Shown here: in pieces, positions 41,649 to 51,205 of the stretch
Layout of the letters: each line of letters begins with the position of its first letter
How positions within the stretch are numbered: position 1 is the stretch's first letter
DNA from: Myxococcales bacterium
Lineage (GTDB): Bacteria; Myxococcota_A; Polyangia; Polyangiales; Houyiibacteriaceae
Direction of reading: 5' to 3'
Assembly (NCBI GenBank): GCA_029863605.1
Contig: JAOTVB010000003.1
Coordinates: forward strand, 20,333-84,332
DNA length: 64,000 bases
Program-made: the position numbers and the translations under genes
The notes under the pieces: generated by a model
The model's input: only the letters and a program-made list of their open reading frames with translations
The model's database searches: none
What the model was told of the DNA's origin: nothing

Positions 41649-42517
41649 CCGAAACTGTCGAAGAGGACCTCCCGGTGCGCAGGAGGCTATCGGGCACCGC
41701 CCTTCGTGTCGCCACGGTCATTCCGCTGATCCCGATGATCTTGTTCATGATGTTTTGGGATCCCGTCGACTTCCCGTGGTGGCGTTGGGTTTGGCACGTG
41801 TTCATCTTGGCCGCGATCGCAGTGGGCGGTTACGAGATGATGGCGATGAAGGTTCCGTCGTCGCGCGGCTCTTGTCTTTGGGGTTCGATGTCTTCCGTCG
41901 CGTTCGCGTCTTCGGTGATCTTCCTCGACTCGGTCGATCAGGTGTATGGCGTCGTTCTCCTATTGATTCTCGCAACGATGGTGCTCGGCATGTTGCGAGA
42001 GGACCCGCTTCACAACGCGAGCGTGCACATCGGCTGGTTGCTCGCGACGCCCGTGTACATCGGTGGGACGCTCGCAACCGTGGACTTGGTGCGTGACTTC
42101 CCGCCAACGGGCGCGTGGGTCCTGCTCGCATTCGCCCTTGCCTGGGGAAGCGACACCTCGGCGTATTTCTTCGGTCGCAAGTTCGGGAAGACCAAGCTCG
42201 CGCCACGAATCTCACCCAAGAAGACCCTCGAAGGCGCGGCGGCTGGCCTCGCTGGCTCGGTTCTTTGCGCGCTGGTGATCAGCTTCTTCGTGCCGGACTT
42301 GCCCGCAGTCGACGCGATCGCCCTCGGCGTGATCGGGGGCGTTGCTGGCCAGGGTGGCGATCTTTTCGAGTCAGTGCTCAAGCGCAGCAGTGGCGTCAAA
42401 GACAGTGGGGGCATCCTTCCTGGCCACGGCGGCCTCCTCGACCGCGTCGATGCGCTGGTGTTCACCGCCCCCGCGACGTGGGCTTACGGGACGTTCATCG
42501 CTGGGTTCGGTGGCTGA
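41645..42517 (+). CDS. cdsA: Phosphatidate cytidylyltransferase
   Basis: 290 aa polytopic protein. C-terminal ..SVLKRSSGVKDSGGILPGHGGLLDRVD.. signature. Overlaps the uppS stop. Confidence 0.9.
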   Translation: MTETVEEDLPVRRRLSGTALRVATVIPLIPMILFMMFWDPVDFPWWRWVWHVFILAAIAVGGYEMMAMKVPSSRGSCLWGSMSSVAFASSVIFLDSVDQVYGVVLLLILATMVLGMLREDPLHNASVHIGWLLATPVYIGGTLATVDLVRDFPPTGAWVLLAFALAWGSDTSAYFFGRKFGKTKLAPRISPKKTLEGAAAGLAGSVLCALVISFFVPDLPAVDAIALGVIGGVAGQGGDLFESVLKRSSGVKDSGGILPGHGGLLDRVDALVFTAPATWAYGTFIAGFGG

Positions 42518-42546
42518 TTCCGGCTGAAAGCCGACCCCGCGCCTCC

Positions 42547-43377
42547 TTAGCGCCCGGCAGCCCGCTTGATCTGACCTAGATCGATGATCGCGCCGCCTTC
42601 CCCGACGACCAGGGGCTGGGTTCCGTCCCACTTCTCGACCGCCCTCAGGTAGACGATGTCCGGCGTGATCGTCCGCTTCAGGAGCTCTTGCGCTTTCGCT
42701 TCGGCCCCGGCCCTCGCCAGCATGGCCAGCGCGTCGCCCTCGGCTTTCGCCTCCACTTGCTCGGCCTCGACTTTGATCCGTGCCAGGTCGTTCCTCGCGG
42801 TCAACGCGCGCTGTTCGGCGACCTGCTTCGCCTCCACCGCCGCCTGGTATTCGGGGGCGAATTGGAAGTCCGTAATCGACAGCTCGGTCACCACGATCTT
42901 GCTCTTTTCGAGGGTAGCCGTGATGTTCAGCGCGATCGCCTCTTTGACCTCCTGGCGCTTGGTGATCAGTTGCTCGGCCGTGTACTGCGCGGTGGCCTTC
43001 TTGACCGACTCCTGCAGAGCGGGATCGATGATCGTGCCTTCGACGACCACCCGCGTTCCGATGTTTCGGAAGATCTCGACGATCTGGAGGGGGTCGAGGC
43101 GGTAGTTGAGGGCGATCTGGGTCGAGACGACCTGGAGGTCTTTCGACGACGCGGTCGAGCTCGCGAGGATCTTGTGAACGCGCGCGGAGATGTTGATGAT
43201 CTGGGTTTTGACCGGTGTCCGGAAGTAGATGCCCTCTGGGAGAGGGTCGGTTTGGATTTCCCCCCATTTGGTCACCACGCCCAGGTTTCCGGCATTGACC
43301 TGGGTGCATCCGGAGAGGCTCACTACGAGGAGAGCGGTGAGGAATCCTCGCCGCGCGGCTGGCTTGAATTTCGGCAT
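42547..43377 (-). CDS. SPFH/prohibitin (band 7) family lipoprotein
   Basis: 276 aa. Lipobox ..VSLSGC, prohibitin-like core and an Ala/Glu-rich coiled coil. Confidence 0.85.
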   Translation of the reverse strand: MPKFKPAARRGFLTALLVVSLSGCTQVNAGNLGVVTKWGEIQTDPLPEGIYFRTPVKTQIINISARVHKILASSTASSKDLQVVSTQIALNYRLDPLQIVEIFRNIGTRVVVEGTIIDPALQESVKKATAQYTAEQLITKRQEVKEAIALNITATLEKSKIVVTELSITDFQFAPEYQAAVEAKQVAEQRALTARNDLARIKVEAEQVEAKAEGDALAMLARAGAEAKAQELLKRTITPDIVYLRAVEKWDGTQPLVVGEGGAIIDLGQIKRAAGR

Positions 43378-43416
43378 AGCGTCTGGTTATAGACCCAGGC
43401 GCCCCAGATTTGCTCG

Positions 43417-43441
43417 AAAAAAGGGGACAGTCCCCTTTTTT
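43417..43441. terminator. Bidirectional intrinsic terminator-like hairpin AAAAAAGGGGACAGTCCCCTTTTTT
   Basis: Perfect inverted repeat with A- and T-tracts, 11 nt downstream of the last gene of the hydrogenase/hyp unit. Confidence 0.55.
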
Positions 43442-43451
43442 CGGGGATTAA

Positions 43452-44138
43452 TCACCAGCCGAGGATTGCGACCATGACGCCGGTGGCGACGATGAGGGCA
43501 CCCGCCGTGCTATCACCGTAACGCTCGAGCCATTTGCCTTTGAAGAGACGGGCGCCTGAATGGGCCACCGCTACCAGGGCGACCATCGTTCCAATCGTCG
43601 CCGCTTCGTACGCAACCACGATCGACGCGGTTTCGATGCCAGACAGAGGAGCAGCTGCAAACAAGATCGGAATGACCGCGACGCAGGGGTCTGCGCAGTA
43701 GATCAAGAACAACGACCAAGTCGACGCACGCGATGCATCGTGGACGTGATCGTAGTGATGATGGTGATGACCGTGCAGGCGGTGAGCGAGCGAGTGCCGA
43801 AAGCCCCAGACTGCGTACGCCACTCCGAAGCCGATCAAAAGAAGCCCTGCCACCGACTCCATCTTCTCTCCGAGTGACTCGAACAAGTGGGCCCCAAACA
43901 TCAATGCCAGGAGGCCGAGGAGCACCGAGATCGTGACGTGGCCGAGGCCGCAAAGGAGGGCCACCCGTGCCGTGTGGCTGCGCGACCAGCTTCGCGCGCG
44001 CGCGACGGCCGCGATGGGGACCCAGTGGTCCGGCGCCAGAGAATGCAATGATCCCACGGTGATAGCGGCCATCGTGAGTGTGGCAAAAAGGCTAGTGGTG
44101 CTCATGGCTGTGCTCATGACTGTGCGCGTGATGCTCAA
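43452..44138 (-). CDS. Putative nickel/cobalt permease (HX4DH motif, His-rich loop)
   Basis: About 6 TM helices. ..HSLAPDHW.. fits the NiCoT-type H-x4-D-H signature. Loop ..HRLHGHHHHHYDHVHD... Start is uncertain (ATG 44138, 44117 or 44105) and overlaps the hypB 3' end. Confidence 0.6.
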   Translation of the reverse strand: MSITRTVMSTAMSTTSLFATLTMAAITVGSLHSLAPDHWVPIAAVARARSWSRSHTARVALLCGLGHVTISVLLGLLALMFGAHLFESLGEKMESVAGLLLIGFGVAYAVWGFRHSLAHRLHGHHHHHYDHVHDASRASTWSLFLIYCADPCVAVIPILFAAAPLSGIETASIVVAYEAATIGTMVALVAVAHSGARLFKGKWLERYGDSTAGALIVATGVMVAILGW

Positions 44139-44841
44139 GCGATGTGGACCCCGAGCGTTGCGCGGGCCGCTGGGCCTCGAGCCACTCGAGCCATGCGTCG
44201 ATCCCCTCGCCCGTCTTTGCAGAAACCTTCAGGAGCTTTGCGTCGGGCATGACTCTCGAAAGGGCGTCTTCGACCGCGTGGACGTCGAAGTCCAAGTGGG
44301 GGATCAAATCGACCTTGGTCAACAGTACCAGGTCTGCCTTTTGAAACATGACAGGGTACTTCAGCGGTTTGTCTTCGCCTTCGGTGACCGAGAGCGCGAC
44401 GACGTTTGCAGCTTGGCCGAGATCGTAGATCGCGGGGCAAACCAGGTTCCCCACATTCTCGATGAAGAACACATCGCAATCCGAGCATGGAGCGTGATGC
44501 AAGGTGTGATGCACCAGCCGCGCGTCGAGGTGACAAGCCGAGCCAGTGGTGATCGTGGTCGACCGAATCCCTGCGGCGTTCAACCGGTCGGCGTCGCGAT
44601 CGGTTGCGAGGTCGCCGCTCACCGCTCCGAGACGAAGCCTCCCTCCGGCTGCTCGGGCGGTGGCCTCGAGAACTGCCGTCTTTCCGGCTCCTGGGGAGCC
44701 CATCAAGTTGATGGCAAGCACCGCTAACCCTTCGAAATGACGACGATTATGGGCTGCCTGCGCATCGTTGTCGGAGAGGATCCGCTCCTGCACCTCGACC
44801 GGGACGATCTCGGGGTCGCCGCATCCACAGGTCTCACACAT
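44092..44841 (-). CDS. hypB: Hydrogenase nickel-incorporation GTPase HypB
   Basis: MCETCGCG N-terminal metal site, GSPGAGKT P-loop, ..ENVGNLVCP.., His-rich C-terminal tail ..EHHAHSHEHSHEHH. Confidence 0.95.
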   Translation of the reverse strand: MCETCGCGDPEIVPVEVQERILSDNDAQAAHNRRHFEGLAVLAINLMGSPGAGKTAVLEATARAAGGRLRLGAVSGDLATDRDADRLNAAGIRSTTITTGSACHLDARLVHHTLHHAPCSDCDVFFIENVGNLVCPAIYDLGQAANVVALSVTEGEDKPLKYPVMFQKADLVLLTKVDLIPHLDFDVHAVEDALSRVMPDAKLLKVSAKTGEGIDAWLEWLEAQRPAQRSGSTSLEHHAHSHEHSHEHH

Positions 44842-45181
44842 CGGGGGCCTCCATTTCGATTCGTTCGAGGATGATCTCGTCGCCGTGAATCATCCGTGCG
44901 GGACGTCCACAGGTATCGCACCGCAACACGGCACCTCTCGCGATGACACGGTCACAACTCGGACAGGCCCAGACCGCGGCGACTGAGTCGATTGCGAGCT
45001 CCGCGCCTTCACAGATTGTCCGCTCACGAAAAGTGTCGAACGCCGTCTTCAGTAGATCGAGCTCGACACCGGCGAGCTCGCCGATCTTCACGTGGAGACG
45101 ATGCACGCGCGTGCTCCCGTGAAGCACTGCTTCTTGCTGCACGCGGTCGATGAGGGAACCGACGATGGAGTACTCGTGCAT
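44834..45181 (-). CDS. hypA: Hydrogenase nickel-insertion protein HypA
   Basis: ATG at 45181 gives MHEYSIV... Two CxxC pairs (CPSC, CDTC). Confidence 0.93.
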   Translation of the reverse strand: MHEYSIVGSLIDRVQQEAVLHGSTRVHRLHVKIGELAGVELDLLKTAFDTFRERTICEGAELAIDSVAAVWACPSCDRVIARGAVLRCDTCGRPARMIHGDEIILERIEMEAPDV

Positions 45182-45182
45182 G

Positions 45183-46028
45183 TCATCCCTCGCTTTCGAA
45201 ACGTGGAGCACGCTTCTCGAAAAACGCCGCGATGCCCTCGGCAAAGTTCGGCCCATCAGCAATGCGCGCGAGCTCGGTCAGCTCCGCGTCGAGGTGGACG
45301 TCGAGCCGGTCCATCCCGGCCGCCTGGTTGAGGAGGTTCTTGGCAGCGGCGACCGCGGACGTCGGGGCTTCGGCAAGCTGAGTAGCGATTTCGAGAGCTT
45401 TCTCGCCGAAGGAATCATCCGGAAAAACCCGGTTGATCAGCCCCCATTCCAAGGCGTCTCGAGCCGATAGACGCGGGTTCAGCAGGACGAGCTCGAGCGC
45501 CTTTCGTAGCCCCAACAACCGCGGCAAAAAGAAGGTGGAGCTCTCCGCACCGGTCAGGCCCGTCTTGAAGTAGGCCCATTCGAACCACGCGCGCTCCGAT
45601 GCGACGACGAGGTCGCAACTCATGGCGATCCCGAAGCCCCCGGCGGCCGCAGGGCCATCGACCGCGGCGATGAACGGCTTTGGCGCGCGCCGAATCTCCG
45701 AAATGGTGCTGTGGATGTATTCGAGGATCTGTTTGAAGATCTCGCCGTAACCCTCCGTCGGTTGGCAAGTGCTCGGCTGCAGGTAACCGAGGTCGGTGTC
45801 GTCGCCTCCGTCGCGGATGTACTTGAGGTCGGCGCCGCTACAAAATACGCCGCCTTCGCCACAGATCAAAACCGAACGAACCTCTTTGTCTCGCGCGAGT
45901 CGGAGGCCGGCCTTCCTGAAGTCTTGAGCCGTCTCGACATCGAGAGAGTTCAGTCGCTCGCGGCGAGCGATCGTCAGGATGCCCACGGGGCCACGTCGTT
46001 CGACTCGGATGTGTTTCATCTCGGTCAT
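45183..46028 (-). CDS. Crotonase-fold (enoyl-CoA hydratase/isomerase family) protein embedded in the hyp operon
   Basis: ATG at 46028 lies 1 nt after the hypE stop codon. Its own stop codon ends 1 nt before the hypA ATG. ..GEGGVFCSGADL.. and ..FIAAVDGPAAAGGFGIAMSCD.. are oxyanion-hole segments. Confidence 0.85.
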   Translation of the reverse strand: MTEMKHIRVERRGPVGILTIARRERLNSLDVETAQDFRKAGLRLARDKEVRSVLICGEGGVFCSGADLKYIRDGGDDTDLGYLQPSTCQPTEGYGEIFKQILEYIHSTISEIRRAPKPFIAAVDGPAAAGGFGIAMSCDLVVASERAWFEWAYFKTGLTGAESSTFFLPRLLGLRKALELVLLNPRLSARDALEWGLINRVFPDDSFGEKALEIATQLAEAPTSAVAAAKNLLNQAAGMDRLDVHLDAELTELARIADGPNFAEGIAAFFEKRAPRFESEG

Positions 46029-46029
46029 G

Positions 46030-47070
46030 TCAGCAGATCCTAGGTAAGAGCTCGCCTTCGGCCTCCGAGAGCAAACGGCTCCCAAACCCCGTATCGAGCA
46101 CGACGAACCCGGGTCGCTCAGCCACGCATTGTCCGACGATTGCAGCCATTCGTCCGAGCGGGTGCGAGCGGATCGCGTCGAGAACGCCGGCCGCGCTTTC
46201 AGGCCGAACGCCAAATACTGCCTTTCCTTCGTTCGCCGAAACCAGCGGGTCGATGCCAAGCAGTTCCCCGACCGCACGAACCTCGTCGCGCAACGGGATC
46301 GACGGCTCATCGATCACGATCCCAACCCCGCTCTTCTCGGCCATCTCGTGCAGGGCGCTCGACAAGCCACCGCGCGTGGGATCTTTCAGCGCGACGATCC
46401 CGTCGCCTCCGACCTCGAGCGCACGTCGGACCATGGTATTGATCGGAGCGACGTCCGAAACGAGCTCGGTTTCCAAGGCCAGCTCGTTTCGCGTCGCCAT
46501 GATCGCCAGACCGTGATCTCCCATCGTTCCTGTCACCAGGATTTGGTCCCCAGGCTCGAGCCCGGCATCGGTCACGATTCGGTCGGTGATGCCCACGCCG
46601 GTCGTGTTCAACACCAGGCCGTCGAGCTCGCCGTGCCCCATCACTTTCGTGTCGCCGGTGACGATAGTCGTTCCCGCTTCTTCGCAGCACGTGCGGATCG
46701 ACTTCCAGATGCCCTTCAACGTCTCGCGGGAAAACCCATCTTCGACGATCGCGGCGCAGGTGAGCGCAAGCGGCTCAGTAGCTCCCATCATCGCGAGATC
46801 ATTGACGGTTCCGGCGACAGCGAGCGTTCCGATGTCGCCTCCCGGAAAGACGATCGGCTGGACCACGTGAGAGTCGGTCGTGATCACCAGGTAGCGATCG
46901 CCCAGTCGGATCGCCGCACCGTCGTCCATCGCCGCCAAGCCGACGTTTCCTTCTCCTAGGTCGCCGAGGCCCTTGGCGAAGATCTGCTCGATCAGCGCGC
47001 GCATCGCGCCACCGCCGGTGCCGTACTTGAGCGTGATGCGCTCGTCGATGAGGCGGGCGTTTCGAGTCAT
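46030..47070 (-). CDS. hypE: Hydrogenase maturation protein HypE
   Basis: 346 aa PurM-like fold with C-terminal ..PRIC. Confidence 0.95.
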   Translation of the reverse strand: MTRNARLIDERITLKYGTGGGAMRALIEQIFAKGLGDLGEGNVGLAAMDDGAAIRLGDRYLVITTDSHVVQPIVFPGGDIGTLAVAGTVNDLAMMGATEPLALTCAAIVEDGFSRETLKGIWKSIRTCCEEAGTTIVTGDTKVMGHGELDGLVLNTTGVGITDRIVTDAGLEPGDQILVTGTMGDHGLAIMATRNELALETELVSDVAPINTMVRRALEVGGDGIVALKDPTRGGLSSALHEMAEKSGVGIVIDEPSIPLRDEVRAVGELLGIDPLVSANEGKAVFGVRPESAAGVLDAIRSHPLGRMAAIVGQCVAERPGFVVLDTGFGSRLLSEAEGELLPRIC

Positions 47071-48215
47071 GCGACACCTCGCTTCATCGAGCTGAGATCG
47101 GGGTGGCCGCCGTACTGATGCCAGATCCTGCAGGTGCCTTCAGCGCTGACCATGCACGCACCGACCGGCGTGTCGGGCGTGCACTCTTTGCCGAACAAGG
47201 AGCAGTCGGAGGGTGAGGCGATCCCGGCCATGATGTCTCCGCACTGGCATTGCTGAACGAGCTTCGGCGGTGCGTAGCTCCACAACGCAGACGCGTCGAT
47301 CGTGAACCGCTTTCTCGTGTCGTAGCGGGCGAACTCGTCCCGCAATCGGAGGTTTCCGTTGGGCACGTGCGCGATGCCTCGCCAACGGCCTCCCGTAGGC
47401 CGAAAAACGCGCCAAAGAAGCTCCTGAGCGTGCGCGTTGCCTTCCCGTGTGACGCATCGGGGATAGGCGTTTTCGACCTTGGCCTCCCCTGCGTTGATCA
47501 GCTCGAGCAGTCGAACGAGGCCCGCAAGAACGTCCAAGGGTTCGAAGCCCGCCACCACGACCGGCAAACGGTGACGTTCGACGAATTTTTCGAAAACCGC
47601 CGAGCCGGTGATCGTGGCTGCATGGCCCGCTGCGAGAAAGCCCTCGATCTTGGTCTCGGGCATCTCCGCCACGATCTCCATGACCGGGGGGATGTACTTG
47701 TGTGCGGAGAGGACGGAAAAATTGTCGGGCGGATCGTCCACGAGGACAGCCGCGGTTGCGACTGCGGTCGTCTCGAAGCCCGACGCAAAGAAGACCAGCT
47801 CCTCGTCGGTGTCACGGGCGAGGTCGACCGCTTGCGTGACGCTGTAGACCACGTCGACATGGGCGCCGTCGGCCTTGGCGTCGGCGAGCGATTGCGAGGT
47901 TCCCGGCACGCGAAGCATGTCGCCGTAGGACGCGATGCGTACGCCCTGCTTGGCGAGGGCTACCGCTTCGTCCACTTCTGGCACATCCGTCACACAAACC
48001 GGACAGCCTGGGCCCATTATAACCCGCAAATCAGCCGGAAAAGCAGCCCTCAAGCCGAACTTCGCGATCGCCTGCTCGTGGCTGCCGCAGACGTGCATCA
48101 CCGAAACCGGAGCATGATCGGCGCGAGACACCAAGCGCTCGAGGGCGTCTCTCAGGGCCCGCGCCCGAACTGGATCGCGAAATTTTAGCTGCGCAAGCGC
48201 GTCATTCGGAAGCAT
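47067..48215 (-). CDS. hypD: Hydrogenase maturation protein HypD
   Basis: 382 aa. ..MHVCGSHE.., ..GPGCPVCV.., ..FETT... Confidence 0.95.
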   Translation of the reverse strand: MLPNDALAQLKFRDPVRARALRDALERLVSRADHAPVSVMHVCGSHEQAIAKFGLRAAFPADLRVIMGPGCPVCVTDVPEVDEAVALAKQGVRIASYGDMLRVPGTSQSLADAKADGAHVDVVYSVTQAVDLARDTDEELVFFASGFETTAVATAAVLVDDPPDNFSVLSAHKYIPPVMEIVAEMPETKIEGFLAAGHAATITGSAVFEKFVERHRLPVVVAGFEPLDVLAGLVRLLELINAGEAKVENAYPRCVTREGNAHAQELLWRVFRPTGGRWRGIAHVPNGNLRLRDEFARYDTRKRFTIDASALWSYAPPKLVQQCQCGDIMAGIASPSDCSLFGKECTPDTPVGACMVSAEGTCRIWHQYGGHPDLSSMKRGVA

Positions 48216-48525
48216 CGTAGGCCTCCCTTGCTGAGGGCGCAGCGTAGGGTGCGGCGTCGATCTCGGACCGTATGTCCTGGGTTATCAGGTCTTGGTCATC
48301 CGCGAGCCGCAAGAGCTCGTCGTAGAGCGCGAGAGTTTCGATCGCCTCGTCGGGAGGAATGCGACGGATCGCAAACCCGACGTGGTTCAGAATGTAGTCG
48401 CCCGGTGCTACCGGCACGTCACAGACCTCGAGGCGCACCTCCTTCTTCACGCCCCAAAAATCGACTGTCGCGGTGTTGCGATCACGATCGACGGCGACGA
48501 CCTGCCCTGGAACACCTAAGCACAT
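48202..48525 (-). CDS. hypC: Hydrogenase maturation chaperone HypC
   Basis: ATG at 48525 gives MCLGVPGQVV.. (essential N-terminal Cys2). The C-terminal tail is longer than usual. Confidence 0.9.
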   Translation of the reverse strand: MCLGVPGQVVAVDRDRNTATVDFWGVKKEVRLEVCDVPVAPGDYILNHVGFAIRRIPPDEAIETLALYDELLRLADDQDLITQDIRSEIDAAPYAAPSAREAYDASE

Positions 48526-50807
48526 GGGGTTGAGCCTTCCGCTACGATTGCGTTCGCGATCAATACCTGTCCGAGGGCGAGCCCACCGTCTCCCGGCGGC
48601 ACTCGAGAATGCGTGAAGCATTCGAATTCATTTTGTAATTCGGCCAGAACACCCTGGGTCAGGATCGGGTTTTGAAACACTCCTCCGGTAAGCACCACAG
48701 GTGGCTGTCCGATCACCTCGGCCAAGCCACGCACCACGGCGCCCGTTGCTCCGATCAGCGTGTTGTGGAACTTCGCCGAGATCGTGCTCGCCGCAACGCC
48801 GCGCATTACATCTTCGACGACCGCGCGAACCATCGGTCGGAGGTCGATGATCTCGACCGCCCCGGTGCGGTCGATCTCGAACGGATACGAGGCACGCTCG
48901 GTCACATCCGCGATCACGTTCAAAGCGACCGCCACCTGTCCTTCGAACGTCGAGTCTGGGCGGTTCAGCACCAAAGCCCCAACCGCGTCGAAGTAGCGCC
49001 CGACGCCATGCGCTTGCGGCGCGTTGAGATGGCGATCGATCATCTGAGTGACTACGCGAATCGATTCGTCGGGAATCCTTTGAAAGAGCGGAAATTCATC
49101 GATCGGTGCGTCTCCGGAGAACGCGTCATGCAGCAGGCTGAGGGCCACGCGCCACACCTCGCGCATGGCGAGGTTTCCGCCCGGGAGCTTGATCGGCCGA
49201 AACGTCGCCAAACGCCGAAAATGCCCTGTGAAACAGAGCAAGAGCTCCCCGCCCCACGCAGTGCCGTCGTTTCCGTAGCCCGTGCCGTCGTAAGCGATTC
49301 CGAGCACCGGTCCCCGCAGACCATGCTCGGCCATCGCGCTCACCACGTGGGCGTGGTGGTGCTGCACGCCGATCGTCTCCGCTCCGCCTCGCGCTTTCGC
49401 GTAGCGCGTCGACAGGTAGCCAGGATGCAGGTCGTGCGTGACCACTTCCGGCTCCACCGAAAGAATCGTTTGCATGCGATCGACCGCCTCTTCGAAAAAC
49501 TCCATGGCTGCGAGCGTTTCGAGGTCTCCGATGTGGGGCCCGAAGTACGCCGTGTCCTCTACGGCGATGCAGAAGGTGTTCTTGAGGTGTGCACCACAGG
49601 CAAGGACCGGGCGGTCGACGGATTCTTTCAACTGGAACGGCCTTGGAACGAACCCGCGCGAACGACGCATGACCGTCGCTTTTCCGGCGATCACCCGAGC
49701 GACCGAATCATCGCAACGCATCGCGATGTCGCGGTCGTGGACCAAAAGGACATCCGCAATGCCTCCGAGTCGTGCGATCGCCTCCGCGTTGTCCTTGCAA
49801 ATCGGCTCGCCTGCGATGTTGGCCGAGGTCATGACCAGTGGGCGATCGACTTCGCGAAGGAGCAGGTGGTGGAGGGGTGTATACGGCAAGAAAAGCCCTA
49901 AAACAGGGGATTCCGGGGCCACCTCCGCGGCGAGTGGAGCATCGGGACGGCGCTCGACCAGGACGATCGGCCTCTCCTGCGACGAAAGCAGCAATTCCTC
50001 TTCTGTCGTCAAGTTCGCAAGCGACCTGGCCACCGCGAGGTCACGCGCCATGACGGCGAACGGTTTTTCGTCTCGATGCTTTCGCGCGCGAAGCTTTCGA
50101 ACCACAGGCGCATCGGACGCGTCGCATGCGAGATGAAACCCCCCCAACCCTTTGATCGCGACGATCGCTCCGCCGCGAAGCAAGCCGACTGCAGTCGCCA
50201 GCGGGTCGTCGCAGATCGTCTCGGTGCCATCCGGCTCGCACAAAGAGAGCTTTGGTCCGCATTCGGGGCACGCATTGGGCTGCGCATGGAACCGACGATC
50301 CATGACATCGTGAAACTCGCGCTCGCACGATGGGCACAGAGCAAAGTCATGCATCGTCGTCGCAGAGCGATCATAGGGAATGTCCGTCGTGATCGTGAAA
50401 CGCGGACCGCACTCGGTGCAGTTCGTGAAGGGATATCGGTATCGACGATCGTTCGGGTCGAGCACCTCCTCTTCACACTTGTTGCAAGTTGCGAGATCCG
50501 GCGGAATCGAAAGAGCCCGGGCGCCGACCCCCTCGCTTGGCTCGATCACGAAGTCCTCGGCCAGCTCCGGCGGGATCTTCGAAAGGCGCAGCTCTCGGAT
50601 CCGGGCAGAGGCAGGCGTATCATCCCGTAACCATTGAACAAACGACTCTAGCGACCCTGCACCTCCAAATGCTTCGATCGTCACTCCTTCCGAATGGTTC
50701 CACACCCGACCAGCCAGGCCTGCGCGGCGCGCCAACCGGTATACCCAAGGTCGAAACCCAACCCCTTGCACCGTGCCGCGCACCTCGATTCGACATCCCT
50801 CGCTCAT
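48516..50807 (-). CDS. hypF: Carbamoyltransferase HypF
   Basis: ATG at 50807. Acylphosphatase domain (..VRGTVQGVGFRPWVY..), two zinc-finger pairs, YrdC-like and Kae1-like domains. 763 aa. Confidence 0.95.
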   Translation of the reverse strand: MSEGCRIEVRGTVQGVGFRPWVYRLARRAGLAGRVWNHSEGVTIEAFGGAGSLESFVQWLRDDTPASARIRELRLSKIPPELAEDFVIEPSEGVGARALSIPPDLATCNKCEEEVLDPNDRRYRYPFTNCTECGPRFTITTDIPYDRSATTMHDFALCPSCEREFHDVMDRRFHAQPNACPECGPKLSLCEPDGTETICDDPLATAVGLLRGGAIVAIKGLGGFHLACDASDAPVVRKLRARKHRDEKPFAVMARDLAVARSLANLTTEEELLLSSQERPIVLVERRPDAPLAAEVAPESPVLGLFLPYTPLHHLLLREVDRPLVMTSANIAGEPICKDNAEAIARLGGIADVLLVHDRDIAMRCDDSVARVIAGKATVMRRSRGFVPRPFQLKESVDRPVLACGAHLKNTFCIAVEDTAYFGPHIGDLETLAAMEFFEEAVDRMQTILSVEPEVVTHDLHPGYLSTRYAKARGGAETIGVQHHHAHVVSAMAEHGLRGPVLGIAYDGTGYGNDGTAWGGELLLCFTGHFRRLATFRPIKLPGGNLAMREVWRVALSLLHDAFSGDAPIDEFPLFQRIPDESIRVVTQMIDRHLNAPQAHGVGRYFDAVGALVLNRPDSTFEGQVAVALNVIADVTERASYPFEIDRTGAVEIIDLRPMVRAVVEDVMRGVAASTISAKFHNTLIGATGAVVRGLAEVIGQPPVVLTGGVFQNPILTQGVLAELQNEFECFTHSRVPPGDGGLALGQVLIANAIVAEGSTPCA

Positions 50808-51205
50808 GGCCCGTTTCCTGAGACGCTCAGAACATAGGTGACCACCTCCCACTTTTCTTGGTCCGTCAAGGTGGGCCACGCGGGCATCGAGGTCCCGCGT
50901 TTGCCTTCGCTCACGACCGCGTAGACGCCGCGCGGCGTCGCACTTGCACGCCACTCCTGGCTTTGAAAGTTGACGGGTCGCGCCGAGAGCCCTTCCTGCC
51001 GCACGCCGTTTCCATCGGCACGCACGCCGTGGCACAGGGCACACTTCTCGCTGAAGATCGCACGCCCACGCACGCGCGCCTCGTCCGAAGCGAGGAGACC
51101 GGCAGGCACCGGGAGGTTCCGATAATCGGTCGGGAGGCGCCCATCAACGCCGTTACACGCCGAGAGTGCGAGCGACATGATCAACGCTCCTCGTGCTGTT
51201 CTCAT
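50804..51205 (-). CDS. Class I c-type cytochrome, probable lipoprotein
   Basis: ..LALSAC lipobox, a single CALCH haem motif, ..GTSMPAW.. (axial Met region). Start is ATG 51205 or 51178. Its stop overlaps the hypF ATG (ATGA). Confidence 0.75.
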   Translation of the reverse strand: MRTARGALIMSLALSACNGVDGRLPTDYRNLPVPAGLLASDEARVRGRAIFSEKCALCHGVRADGNGVRQEGLSARPVNFQSQEWRASATPRGVYAVVSEGKRGTSMPAWPTLTDQEKWEVVTYVLSVSGNGP

